Shown here: in pieces, positions 36,650 to 49,861 of the stretch
How the letters are laid out: the number at the start of each line of letters is the position of its first letter
Numbering within the stretch: the stretch's first letter is position 1
Assembly (NCBI RefSeq): GCF_000143415.4
Contig: NW_003314318.1
Coordinates: 62,001-126,000, forward strand
Source: Selaginella moellendorffii
Lineage: Eukaryota; Plantae; Lycopodiophyta
DNA: 64,000 bases
Direction of reading: 5' to 3'
Notes under the pieces: model-generated
Told to the model about the DNA's origin: nothing
The model's database searches: none
What the model saw: only the letters and a program-made list of their open reading frames with translations
Position numbers and translations under genes: made by a program

Positions 36650-39271
36650 CTAAGACTAATCCTTCAGCAAAACTCAGTTACAGATAACACTTCATCAAGG
36701 AGTGATTCACCACGTCCAAGACTCAATGAAATCCAACACTACAGACTAAATACAACCAAATGATATCGACAAAGATAGAATTGACATGCCAATATGGAAA
36801 ACCTATGCAAGCTATGACACGATACTCCGCAACACCATCCAGTAAAGCAAGCCCATCACTGCTAAATCATCATCAAGTAAAGCAAATGTCATATTCCTTA
36901 ACAAAGTCTACCAGCAACCACTAGTCACAAAACAACCAATAATCACTCTTTAACTTGCCTTCACAAGACCTAACACTAACTCACGTCATCGAGTCATATA
37001 CTTATCCAATATGAACATAATACCCCAGGTATGAGATAAAGATTCATGGACAAGCATAAACTAAATGACCACTCGAATCCAACTCAACCGCAATAAGTTC
37101 ACCAACACATCTAATCAATAGCTCTGAGCATGCTTTGAAGAGGCTAGCTATGCATGATCAACACTCAACAAAAACTAAAGTAAAGACCATGAGATGAACT
37201 TATATCGGTACACAACCTCCTCATAAACAAAGTTATAGTACAGGTACCAACATCTCAATATTAAACAATTAAGTTGGACATCATTATCCTCAGCCAAGGC
37301 ACAGAGCCACCAAGACTAAATCAGGATCAGTGAGAGCTCACTACTCTTATAGAGTCTAATAAAATGCAAAATGCAACCTGCCACCAAACATAATATTACA
37401 GAAGAAAGGCATAAGGGTCACCCTTCTTAGAAAAGTGCAACGGCCACTTTTCTACACCAACTCCAGACTCTATCCAACTCAATTGATTTAGCTTTAAAAG
37501 TTAGCATCCCTTTCAAGCCGCATCATACAAACTACATACTAATATCTAAGCTAATTGAAGTCAACTCCAACCCCTTCACTAGTTTGTATTAGCTTACGAA
37601 AATGGAATGGTTTTCAGGCAAAGTGATCAACAGATTAGCCATTGGAAAAGTCTAAGAAAATTTGTGGAAAAGATTCCATCCTAGAAAAAAAATGACTCTC
37701 AGTCTAGGAATGCAAACTTTCAAGACTCAACCAACTTCCTCTTATTAACAACTTCATATAGGTTCACCTCAACACTAATTCTTATGACCCATAGTATGTT
37801 TAAGTAGCGAACATCTTTGCCCATATTTTCGATATCCAACACTGATATCCGCAAAATGCAAAGTGAATCCAAGGCTTGATCACAAAGACCACATCTTTGA
37901 ATATCCACATTGCACTAACACTCTTCTTCAATCACCTTCAAAATCCAATGTGAAGCCAAAACACTAATAAGAAAAATGACTTGAAAAATCAAAGTTTAAG
38001 GAAAATTCCTCATCACTCGAAATAACAATGCCACTTCCACCAATATAAGTGTTAGTGATATCAATGCCCTAACTACACATTTTCTCCATCCAACAATTTA
38101 CTCCAAGTGCTAACGGATCAATCAACAAGCCATAGCAAGTGAATGCTATAACTCTTTCCAACACCTTAATGGGCAAACTCAAGGAAACAAGATACCAGCT
38201 TAAACTTAGCATAATAAACCACCATCGAGAATCCAGTCAAAGCTATTACAATGCTACTTCATGCAAGTATACTAGTTTCACCATCAACCACTTTGGGGTT
38301 GATCATCATTTAACCAAGCAATCTCATAAACACATTGTTTATTATCAAATGGATATGATATAAGTATGTATCACAATGACTTGATCATCCATTGAGCAAC
38401 ACTATGAGCAATGCCCATGTCATTACTTCAAATGTTTATATAAATATCAAATGCCAACTCGATTTGATAAAATGCAACATAAATGCCACACTCCACCAAT
38501 AGAAATTTACAACACCCAACACCACTAACTTTTGTTCACAACATGAACAAGCTCATGTCACTCTCTTTCGAACCAAACTCAAAACTAATCTAACACCAAG
38601 TTACTCAAGGAGCAATAGCAAAATTCTTTGGAAAAGAATTGAGCATTGCAACCCAAGTCTTCCAATAGCAAGCCTAGACAAAAATGGTTTAGCGCTTCAC
38701 CACTATCCATTTCAATATTCACCACTTGTAAGACCATCACTTCCAACATGCATCAAAGTAGGGACTCTTGATTGCATAATGTGAACATGGGCAATGAGTC
38801 ACACCTCGTTGCAAATCATCTCTCCAAGAGGAGAAAATAATTTACGTGTTTGATCTTTCATCCATGATAATTCTCTTTTTGGTCTCATCTTTGACTAAAC
38901 CTCAAGTTTGCTTTGGCACTGCCTTCAGTCCAATCCAAGAAAAAGTTTATGAGAGAGCATGGCAATAACTACTTGAACCAATAAACTAATCCCTACAGTC
39001 TTGATTGATCTACTCGTAATCATGCCTAGGAAGGTCCACTAGTGCCATGCTAAACAACTACGGACCAACCTATTTGCCACTCATAGCAAACCCAGGGAAG
39101 GTTTACTTTCACCCGTGGTACAAAGAACAACTCATGAAACCACTGATAGGTTAACATTAATCCTGCCAACTCAAAGTGTAATTTTGAGTTGCTAATGTGC
39201 CTCACTCATGAGCCCAAGCGCAAAAAGGTACTACAGTACAAAAAGGTAACCAAAATGTCAGGCATCTGATA

Positions 39272-40062
39272 TGTTGGGTGTCTACCCCAGATATGTCAAG
39301 CACCGGATTGTAAGTGACTAATTTTTCCATTCTACTTTAATCACTTAACCACACCTCCGACCACTTGGAGGAATCTTATTCATAACCTCTTTAAATCCAA
39401 TTTAGGACTTGGGACTTTGTAGCGCACCCTATCTCTCTCCCTTAAGCCAACTGAAAAAGGGGCAATTTCTTGATGAGAGAGCCTTTAGTGGCTATTTTAT
39501 CCCTATTTATCCCCCAAGGTTCCAAGGATCCACAGTGACAGTATATTTAAATCTCATCCCATGATCACATGCGCTACAGACTTGTTAGCCCTGAGAATGA
39601 CATCCATGCCACTCATCCCTTGCACTTAGTCCAAGTGCTCCACGTGCTCGGTCCCAAGACCGACACCCCAACGTACCACCGACATATTAGCCCGTTATGC
39701 TAAGGCCATGCCCCTTCACTTTGGTCACATTGGTGGTCCAACACCACCTGCATTGCAGTCCCGTCTCTCAAGGATTGGGCCATCCATCCAGGAGTGACCA
39801 TCCAAGATCCACTCTTTAGCATCTCTAAGATGCCTGCAAACATGGGGAACAACCTTCCCCAATATCCCTTTTACAGTCCTCACCAAGTCCCTTTTCTGCC
39901 CATGGCCATGTTCACTAACACTGCCACTGGGATAGGGCCCATAGGCCCGACCACTAAGTCCCACTGTCCTTTGGAACTTCCTCACCACATGACTGTATCA
40001 TTGGTCACTACACCAGAGGACCACTCCTCTTCCTTTCCATAGTCTGGGACTTTGGGACAACA
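39272..40062. mobile_element. Unrelated LTR-like insert at the PBS of element 1 (split paralogue at ~55792-55896 and ~62474-62774)
   Basis: Termini TGTTG...CAACA; sits between the 5' LTR and the PBS remnant TATCAGATGC; no TSD seen. Confidence 0.55.
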
Positions 40063-41861
40063 TTTCTGTCGCTTCGTGGTTTTGACCCTTTATCCTATGG
40101 TGATTTACCATAGGATAACCATGAAGTGGAACCTAAACCCTCTTTGTGCCATGTGACATATGCCATGTGTCCATAGGACAGTGGTGTGGAACCCAAGGTT
40201 CAGGGCCCTGGGACACTGAACAAAGGAACGGTGCCAAACCCCCAAACATGGAGCCAAGGAGTGTTGGAACCAGACCACAGAGCAACTCTTGAGCATACAG
40301 CCCAAGGAGTAAAGGGACAGGAGCCCGGAGCGACTTGGAACAGTCCTAGAGCAACCAGTATCCTAATGCCAGGACCAGCACGCAAAATGGAGCTAAACGG
40401 AGTCTAGTGCTATTTCGGCATATTGGTGACCTAATATGAGGATATAGGTACTCCACCAGCTAGCATGGAATGGAACTTGGGCTTAGACCCAAGCTAGACG
40501 CAGAACAAGGATAGGCACGCAAGCGAGAGTTAAACTATGCCTCAGGTTTTGAGGAACACATACTTTGGGCTTTCACCCCAAGCCTCCCTTAGTACCAAGA
40601 GTTAGTCTTTGGGACAAGCTTGAAACTTACTAAATATAGAATGGTGCTAAAATGTGAATTTGGACACGGGACGAATACTATTGTGTACAAGCCAATCTTT
40701 ACATTCCGTAGATATGCCAAATGAGCAAATCTAGACACTTTCCATAAATAGCATTTGGGACCGGAATGAGATTAACACAAAGGGCATGATAGTGAGGGTG
40801 TTTGGCAAACACGGTAAACTATCATTTAGCGAATATTGAGGGACCAAGTTTAATATCACGGGGGTTCCCAACACTAGCAAGTGCAAGTCAACGAATGAGT
40901 TTCTTTAACCAAGTCAAGTATGTTTGACTAAATAAATATTTAGGAATTCTTTCCTTATGCTCATCTGGCCAAGTGCACACACGAGGACTAGTTTCTTAAC
41001 TAGCTTAGGCAGAGATTAATAATAGATCTAGCAATACCAACCTTCTGCCATCGTGGCAATAAGGAAAGAGTGTCCGAAAAGACTGGCTGATGGATAATTT
41101 TCGATGCCCGAAGTCACATTCGTGACAGTAATGCATTCTTTTGATCTTTTTAGTATGTTAATCATTTTCCACACTTATACTTTTTTCTAAATTTTTTAAT
41201 TACTTTTTAATAATTTTAGATTTTTACATTTATTTTCAAAAAAAAACTAATTACAAAATTTTGAGGAGACAAAGTTGTAGATGCTAGGGAATTCTTAGAC
41301 ACTCTAACCTACCCATTTCAGACACTTGATATAACACACATAGAAGAGTAAATAGTTTAAAAATGATAAAGAAAAATAAAAACATAAAACATAATAAGGC
41401 AAAGAAAAAGAATAAAAAAAAGAATAACATATCTTGATGAAATCATTACCTCATTATCAAAGTTATTAAACTACAAAATTCACTCAAGCTCATAGACATT
41501 ATTTTCCTATAGTGTAATGCCATTTTATTCTTCTGTAACATAACTCTACCATTATATTACATATTTTATGTTTTAGCACCCAAATAGAAATATAAAATTG
41601 AACAAAGGAAATTTTCTTTTTGTTTTTGTAGTGTTTGATATAAAGAGTGATTGATAATAACTGATTTAAAAGTTATGGATAAACCAGTCTAAAGGATCAA
41701 ATTGAGCTAACACAATCACACATCATAGCATATCTAAAATCTCTTATACATCAACAACATTCCTAAACAAGGACAATGTTGATAACTCTAAAAATACACA
41801 CTTCTATTCTGTTCGTGAGTTAAGAAATATCTAGTCTACAATGTGCTATTGCTTAGAAATC

Positions 41862-43051
41862 AGCTCTACAGGAAGCTCATCAACACTCACTTGCTCTCCC
41901 CAACCAAGCTCAAAGTTTACGATGGAATCCGTCGCGAGGAGCAGTGCCGTCTCGCTCGATCTCTCAGTTACGAGCGAGGGAATCCGGTCCTCCTGCGGCA
42001 AAAGCTCCACAACATGAACATGAACGTGATAACTTACATGCTATTCGGGAAGCGCTTCTGTGGACACCACAAGAACACTGCGAATGTCGACGAGTTCGTG
42101 CAAGCGATCGTGGAGACGGTTAGGCTGGCTGGAGTTTTCAATGTGAGCGATTACATCCCTGGAATTCGCTGGCTGGACGTCCAAGGCCTGGAGAAGAAAT
42201 ACAAGCAGCTCATGGACCGGATAAACAGGCACCTCTTGTCGATCTTACGAGACCGGCAAGAGGATCCTCCGGTTTTCACCAGCGACGAGCCCATGGCTTT
42301 CATCGACGTGCTCATCTCGATGGGAGAGAAGCTCTCAAACACGACCAAAATCACACTTCTGCTCGTAAGTTTCTCTTGGTCAAAGTTGTTCTTCTTTAAC
42401 GCTGGATGAATCCCACAGGACATTTTGCTGGGTGCTGTGGATACTTCGGCTCTCTCGCTGGAATGGGCCATGGCCGAGCTTCTCCGGCATCCAGCCGAAT
42501 TCTCGAGAGCTCGGAGCCAGATTGATGCAATTGTCGGCAAAGAAAAGCTTGTGGACGAGTCGGACATCGCAAAGCTTCCATACGTCGAGGCCATAGCCAA
42601 GGAAACAATGAGGCTCCGGTCAGTGGCTCCGCTAGCTCTTCCCAAGATCGTCCAAGGAGGCCCAATCGAGCTCGATGGCTACACCCTCCTGGACGGGACT
42701 GTGATCTACATCAGTAGCTACTCGATCGGTCTGGACGAGAGGTTTTGGAAAGATCCTCTTGAGTTTCGGCCGCAGCGTTTCATCGACTTGCCAGACATCG
42801 ATGTCTTTGGCCAAAATTTCAACTTACTTCCGTTTGGAACAGGGAGGAGAGTTTGTCCCGGTGCAAAGCTTGGATTTGATGCTGTCCAGATGGGTATTGC
42901 AACGCTCGTTCAAGGATTTGACTGGAAGCTGGATGGAGATCTTGATGATCCGGCAAAGCTGAACATGGATCAAACATTTGGACTGGTTTGTCAAAAGAGT
43001 CAACCTCTTGTGGCTATCCCAATCCCGAGGCTGGATTCTCACGTTTACTAG
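41862..43051 (+). pseudogene. Cytochrome P450 copy 3, 5'-truncated (first ~125 codons and promoter missing)
   Basis: Homology starts abruptly at LYRKLINTH; the remaining frame, intron and heme motif are intact. Confidence 0.9.
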
Positions 43052-43356
43052 AAACATTAGCTCATACCAGCTTGTTTCTTCCATAAAGTTTGCTTCCTCT
43101 CCAGGAAACTATCATAATTTCGGGTGTGACGCTCGAAGAACTATCATGATTCAACCATTTGGTTTTCTAGCCTTTTAATGATACAACTGATCAATATAAC
43201 AATGTATCAATTCATGTGGAAGAAAAGTAATCTAAAAACGTCTATCCAGGATCAGTTGTGGAGGTAAGAGTTTATCCTAGTTTAGATGGTGGATGTGGAA
43301 ATAGATATTTTCTAGAAATGGTGGAAGTGGATATAGAAAGATATTGCATGAAATGG

Positions 43357-44045
43357 TCACCTCCCAAATAGGCGACCAAAGAAACTCGTGGAAGAGTTTG
43401 ATTCCAAGCACTACCGCCCGAGCTTATCTTTGGAGCGTGGCTCTTTCGATGTGTCCTTGCCACAAACTTTGCATCGCTTGTCCACCCATCCAGTTTCAAC
43501 GTACGCACCCTTCACTGATTGATCACGCAATACCTTGGCATGAGGACGAAAATGAAAAGACCCGAGGAGAAAAAAACACTCAAATAAGAAAGGGACTTGT
43601 AAATACCATCGATTGATTCTTTGAAGAAATCCTTGTAGGTGCCACCGATCTTCCGCCTCAGAGCTGCGTACTGCAAAAGTCAAGAAGGGAGAGATGAGAA
43701 ATTCGCACGCATTGGATGTTTTTTCTCAAAGATGTTTTTTCGTACTTGCTCTCGGGACATTTTCTCGCCCGACTTTGTAGCCTGACGAGCCTCGTCGATC
43801 AAATCAGCGTCCCTCTCCGACCTTGCCTGAGAGAAATCCAGCGCGTCGGTGATGCTAGTCAGAAGCGATGTCTTCTCCTGCTTCTGTTCACTCCCCTCGC
43901 CGGGAGGAGTTTCATCCTTTCTATCCTGTGCCAGAAGAAACATACTAACTTTTTTGTGGGGGCTGTGATTAACTTCCCACTGCTGCTGCTTGATCGATCT
44001 GCCAAGAAAACTCCCCTTTGTTGCTGCAACCGAAGCTGCCGCCAT
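43357..44045 (-). pseudogene. Third copy of the plastid-type gene with a frameshifting deletion in the last exon
   Basis: An ~11-nt deletion near 43412 gives DKLGR* and removes YAHVEC. Confidence 0.8.
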
Positions 44046-45347
44046 TAGCAACAAGAAAAAACGAAAAAAGAAGATGACCAACTTTGAAAGAATCGGACTG
44101 GCTTAACATAATAATAAAAAAGATATAGATAAAATACATTAACATAACAAATAACCACAAATATTAGAATATTCATGCATCCTGGGAATATCTATTCCAC
44201 ATAGATGTATATATTGAATCGAAAACGTGTAATTGTTTTTTAAGTTATCATCTCCATTTTATTAATTAAACAAATTTATTGATTGATTGATAGTTTGCAC
44301 ATACAGCCAAGAAAGGAGCCGTGATCAGGAGGAAGACAAGATGCAGCTTAAGTTTACACATACAGCCAGGAAGGGAGCCGTGCTCAGGCGGAAGACATGA
44401 TGTGACTTAACTTGCATTTGCATCCAGTTTCATGCTTGACTACACAACTATCAAAACAATATATAGATAGATAGCATGATTTGGAGTGTCTTAAGCATGC
44501 TAGAGTTGGGGCTTTGGAAATGCCTCAATATCGATATCAATGTCCAACATTTTACTTCTTGAAAGCAAAATTGTCTTTGTGCTCAAAGTGGTGAAGTTTT
44601 ATGGAAATGATAATTAAAATCAACTTGCAATGATGGTGGGTGGGTTGGTAGAAAAAAATTTGCCCATGAGGAACTTTATAAATTAGTTGGCAGATATGAA
44701 AGAATCAATAATCCCATATGATAAATAGATCCATGGTTTGCAGCAAACTTGTTAGGTGCTAGAATCATACAAGTTGGTCAGGAGCACTGATGCTGGATTT
44801 GCATGACGATTATTATTAACACTATTTAGAGTGTTAAAATTTTAAGAATGTAAGAAGAATTTTTATTTTAAGTTGTTCTGAGCTTAAGCAGTGGAAATGC
44901 TAGCTAAGCTCAGTACATTTTTTTCATTGTCCTGAGCTAAAGCTGGGGTGTTAGCTAAAGTTTGGTTTTCTACAGCAACAACTATGTTGTTTTTTAGGGC
45001 TGTAAATGCAGGAATAATAAAACATTATTATTATTTTATAATTTACACCAACAATTTCCTTCTCATTCCATCTGGATAATTTATTTTTTCTGAGTTCCTG
45101 GCAGTGTCATGAGGACAAGGTATGGTAAATTTGGTCTATATGTTTATTTTTTTGACAAAGATACTTTTACAATAACTTTTCTTTTTAAGTAAAATAGAAT
45201 AGAGCAGAAAAGTACAGCAAACTTTTTCCTTTGAGATGATAGCTGGTTTTGAATTTTGATTTAGAAGACATTGTTCTTAAATTACTCACGGCACTTTAGA
45301 ACCAACATCCAGCTCCAAGTTATTATAGGAAGTTACAAGACAATCGT

Positions 45348-45710
45348 CTATGCCATATCACACCCATAGTCGGCATTCTTGAAATTGCGCTGGAGCACAC
45401 ACTCCTCAAAGTCCCCAGCATCGTTTCTGAACTGGAGCCTCAGAGGCTCGATCCGCCAGTCGATGCTCAGCCTCCCGCCCTTGCAAACTTCCTTAAACTC
45501 CTGGAACTTCTTCGAGTTCCCGCAGTGCACGGGAGTGGTCTGGCCTCCCGTGCAGCCGTGAACTCCCTCCACCGATATCCCACACACTGGAATCTGGCAC
45601 GAGCTCCTCCCACACCCGCTCGATAGCTCCCCATCCTTGAGCAAAACGGTGCCTGCATCCGAGCAGCCAAGCAGCAACGCCAGGATCCACAAGCAGGTCA
45701 TCACCTTCAT
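45348..45710 (-). CDS. Small secreted cysteine-rich protein, copy 2 (extra in-frame ATGs at 45719 and 45722)
   Basis: Three substitutions versus copy 1 (S>T, M>T, R>Q); all Cys kept. Confidence 0.8.
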   Translation of the reverse strand: MKVMTCLWILALLLGCSDAGTVLLKDGELSSGCGRSSCQIPVCGISVEGVHGCTGGQTTPVHCGNSKKFQEFKEVCKGGRLSIDWRIEPLRLQFRNDAGDFEECVLQRNFKNADYGCDMA

Positions 45711-46560
45711 CGTCCTCATCATTCTAAGTTTTGATTGGATCTTAGAATGTTGTTTGTTATGATAAGCTGGAATGGAATCGTTGGAATTTATAGGCAAAAG
45801 CGTCCTTACATTTCACAACGCGTGGTCCTTGACGTGACTGACCTCTCTTAACTACACGTTGAGACGCTAATAGACCAAAATGGTGTGCAGTCTTGCTTGA
45901 CTTCGCTATAACGGACGAGGCCTTTTTGCAACGTGGTGAGATGACGTTTTTGACCACATTAGAACGAGTATTAGCGACTGAAAGTTCTAATCGTTCGAAA
46001 TCCTTGTCTAAGTTCTCCGTGGCGAGGAATCGTGGCCTCCAAGAACTAGCATCAAGACGTTATGGTGTTAACTTTCAAGCCTGTTGACCTTAATTGACTA
46101 AGACCATTGACTAAAATTTACTTAACAATTAAATAATATTTACCTTGGATGATTACCGTATAAGCCCTAATATCCTTCTAGGGCATTGCAACTAAAATTC
46201 CTCTGGCGCGATGCTCGACTTCGCGATCCGCTATGCGTTGGCCATCGCGCTGGTCTTCTCCTGCATAGCTCTCGGTAATTCGCCATTACATTTGGATCGA
46301 TCCATTACCCCAATCTCTTTCAGGATGGTTCGTGGCGTGGAAGCTGCTGCTCGTTCACATTCCTCTTGTCCAAGAGATTTGCGGCTTGCGGAAGAAACCT
46401 AAGAAGCCCGTTCTCAGGGCCAGCGCTCCATTCCCGGACAGGTAACGCGAAATTTCGATCAATACCAGCTCGCTCCAATCCTTGAGATTCGCCAGGGTGA
46501 AATCGCAGTGATTCTTAGGGTTTATCAGAGCAGGGTTTCCAGGGAGCAGCGGCAGCGGCA

Positions 46561-49023
46561 ATGTTCTCGTCCACGGCGTCTTCGATCTCCAAAATGTCCG
46601 CTCTCGTCAGCGGCGTCGGCACGGATGCTGCGATCTACGACGATCCCCAGGACGCGGACATTCCTACGCTGCTCGACAGTCGCTACGACGCGGACAAAGC
46701 CCAGGGATTGAAGCGCCTCATCGCGCTCATGGCACAGGGACAGGACGTTTCCACATTCTTCCCACAGGTAAATTTCTCTTCTTCATAGATGATTAGCTTC
46801 TTCTATCGTCCCTTCCTTCACAAATTCCTTCTTTTTTTCACAGGTTGTCAAGGGCGTTGCTTCACAGTCTCTGGAAGTGAAGAAGCTCGTTTACATCTAC
46901 CTCGTCCACTACGCTGATAAGTAATGCTAGAACTTCTCCAGTTTCCAGGAAAAAAAATTCTCCAACGCGATACATCTTTCTTCTTCTTTGTAGACGACCA
47001 GACGAGGCGTTGCTTTCTATCAACAGTTTCCAAAGAGATTTATCCGATATCAATCCCCTGGTTCGTGCTTGGGCCTTGCGAGCGATGTCCGGGATCAAGG
47101 TCCGTGCAGTTGGCCCTCTCGTTATCATGGCTGCAAACAAGTGCGCCAGAGATCCCTCTCCTTACGTTCGGAGGTGTGCTGCGAATGCGGTTTCCAAGAT
47201 TCATTCCATGGGTGACGAACAACATTTCGACGAGCTTGTACAGGTACGGTTGTTTCCAGTTCGTTGTCTGTTGGATTAGTAACAGGATCTTTTTCAGCTT
47301 GTGTCCATCTTGCTGAACGACAATTATCCGGGCGTAGCTGGAGCCGCAGCGCAGGCTTTTATCTCTGTTTGCCCGGAGCGTTATTCCTTATTGAGCTCCA
47401 GCTTCAGGAAGCTGTGTGGACTACTTTACGAGGCTGATGAATGGGGACAGATTTCTCTTATGGACATCCTGATGCGGTATATCGTGGCAAAGTATGGCGT
47501 TGTTAGAGATTTCAGCTCCGCGAACGTAGAATTCTCATGTTTACAGCAAGCACACGAAGAAAATGGTGGCGACTTTTACAAAGCTGACACGAGATCCTCG
47601 TTTCCGGATGAGAGGTGGGAAGTGAGGCTCATGCTATCGTCTACGCTTTCTCTGCTACGGAGCCAAAATAGTGCGGTCGTATTACAGGCGGCAGTCATCC
47701 ATTGGTATTTTTCTCCGGGCAATGAACTCAGCAACATTGTCAAGCCATTACTGTTTTTACTTCGTTCGTCGCTTGATGCACGGCATGTGGTGAGCATTTG
47801 GCAGTTACTTCAGCTTTTGATCTAAGCCTTCTGTTTCAGGTGCTTGCAAATATACTTTCTTTCTCGAAGTGTGAGCCAAGTTTGTTCGAGGCATATTTTG
47901 AAGATTTTTTCATATGTTCTTCTGACTCTCAAGCTATTCAAACTCTGAAGCTGGACATACTAACAAACATAGTGTCAGATTTCTCCGCCACGCAAATTCT
48001 TCAAGAATTGGAGGTAAGCAAGACAAATGTTTTCCTTTGCTTACTTGCTACTTCATCACAGGCCTATATACGAAACCCAAACTCTCAGCTGGCAGCAGAC
48101 GCAGTAAACTCGATTGGCCGGTGTGCGCTTCGACTGTCTTCCACAGTGGCTATATGCACCAAGGGTCTTCTCAAGCTAGTCGTTTCTCGGTCTTCCCGTG
48201 ACGACGATTCGCTCCACAATGCAAATGATGCTGAACCAAAGGTTGGAGACTCTGGACGTATAGTCCGGGGAGGGGAAGAGTGGTGGTTCAAGCGGTTTCG
48301 TCGCTAAGAGCTATTATGCAGAAGCACCCAGCAGAGCAGGACCAGGTTTCTTTATGTTGTTGTGTAAGTGCTGGAGTACTGAACTTTAATCTTGTCTTGC
48401 AGGTAATCCTTCATCTTTTACGCAACTTAAACCACATTTTAGAGCCAACGGCACGTGAAGTTGTCATTTGGATGATTGGTGAACAAGCGATTGCTCGTCC
48501 TGCACTTGCTGAAGGAATCCCTGTGGCCCTGCGGTATCTAGCCAAAACGTTTGCAGACGAGTCTAATGGAACTAAGCTTCAAGTTTTGAACTGCCTTGCG
48601 AAGGTAAGCTTCTTTGCTGCTGATCTCTATCTTACAGAAAAAATAATCCAGATCATTTCATCTTCTCAACGGTGCTCGTCTTTGAAAACTGTCCTGTTAA
48701 TTCTTCAGTATATTCTGGATCTTGCCGCCTGTGATTTAAACTATGACGTACGAGATCGAGCCTGGATTTTACGAGTTGTCTTGGCTGGCCATTTAGACGC
48801 TATCAAGCACCATTCGTCATATGACGCAGATTATCGTCTTCCGGAGATTATCGATGCTATTTTACTCAACATTGATCAGTCAAAACTTGATCCAGGTGTA
48901 CTATCCAAAGCTGCCAACTCCATGTTTCTTCGCCAGAAGTCGGTACCAGTATTACCTTCGTTGAGTTTACAGACGTCCACATTCCTACCAGGATCGATGT
49001 CTCATATGGTTCAACACATGTCA
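46561..49023 (+). pseudogene. AP-3 complex subunit beta, longest copy but 3'-truncated with an apparent frameshift near 48270
   Basis: Adaptin N-terminal trunk exons present; the frame changes before VVQAVSSL without a normal-length intron; ends after SHMVQHMS at a repeat. Confidence 0.8.
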
Positions 49024-49861
49024 GTGAACTGTGGGTGCTCTTGAGTTATCTAATTGTCCTCTTGAAGGCTGGTGCAGTGATTCCATCTCTTGTGAATTTT
49101 CTTAAGCACACCGATTATAGCACTGCCTTATTTCCTGCCAAACCTAAAAACTTTATTTAGATTGCCATGTGTGCAACCGGATTGACCCAGAGGATCCCGG
49201 GCCCAGAATCAGGGCCCAGGGTGCTCCCAGGTCAACCCAGACAGATTCCAAGCCCAAAAAGGTGCATATAACATCCCCCCACATATAACGCCGCTCCTAG
49301 ACACCACACTGCTATAACAGTTTCCTTTAAACCTTAGAATTTAAGTGAGTGACAAAATTTTTTGGCTCTTTAATCTAATAAATTATTAAACTCTTTAACC
49401 AAGAGTTACTTATTAATAGTTATACTTGTTATTACTTCATAAATAATGTTATCCAAATTCACTCTATTATTAAAATTAAACTCTTATTTATTCATTTTAT
49501 CCTTTATAGGATTGAAAAATAAATTGAAACATTGAGGTAAGAAAAATAATTACATAGTATTGAAATTTTTAAAATTATTATAAAGGTGATTAAATGTTTC
49601 AATTGTAAAAAAAAAATGGTAAAAATGATGGAAAGTTTGAATATTATTATTTTATAAAAACCAACTTCATTTTAGCAAAAATTAAGTAATGTTAGCTATG
49701 TTGTCAAATGTTATATATTACTAGCTTTTTATATATTTTTTTGGGATCTTTTTTGACTCTTGAAGAACTAAGCAATGACATATCATTTAACTATTTACCT
49801 CCATTGAATGGAAGTGTTAAATTTTTAAATTCAAGTAATGAGGATAAAGTAAGTAAGTAAT

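Larger units (their letters stand above)
33351..41127 (-). mobile_element. Non-coding (decayed) Ty3/gypsy-derived LTR retrotransposon, element 1; LTRs 33351-34490 and 40067-41127
   Basis: TG...CA LTRs in direct orientation, GTAAT TSD on both flanks, minus-strand polypurine tract at 34491-34501, empty site at ~23797; no long ORF. Confidence 0.92.

Noticed and set aside
18216-43051. Classical biosynthetic gene cluster
   Set aside because: Only one enzyme family is present; no scaffold-forming enzyme or transferase in the window.
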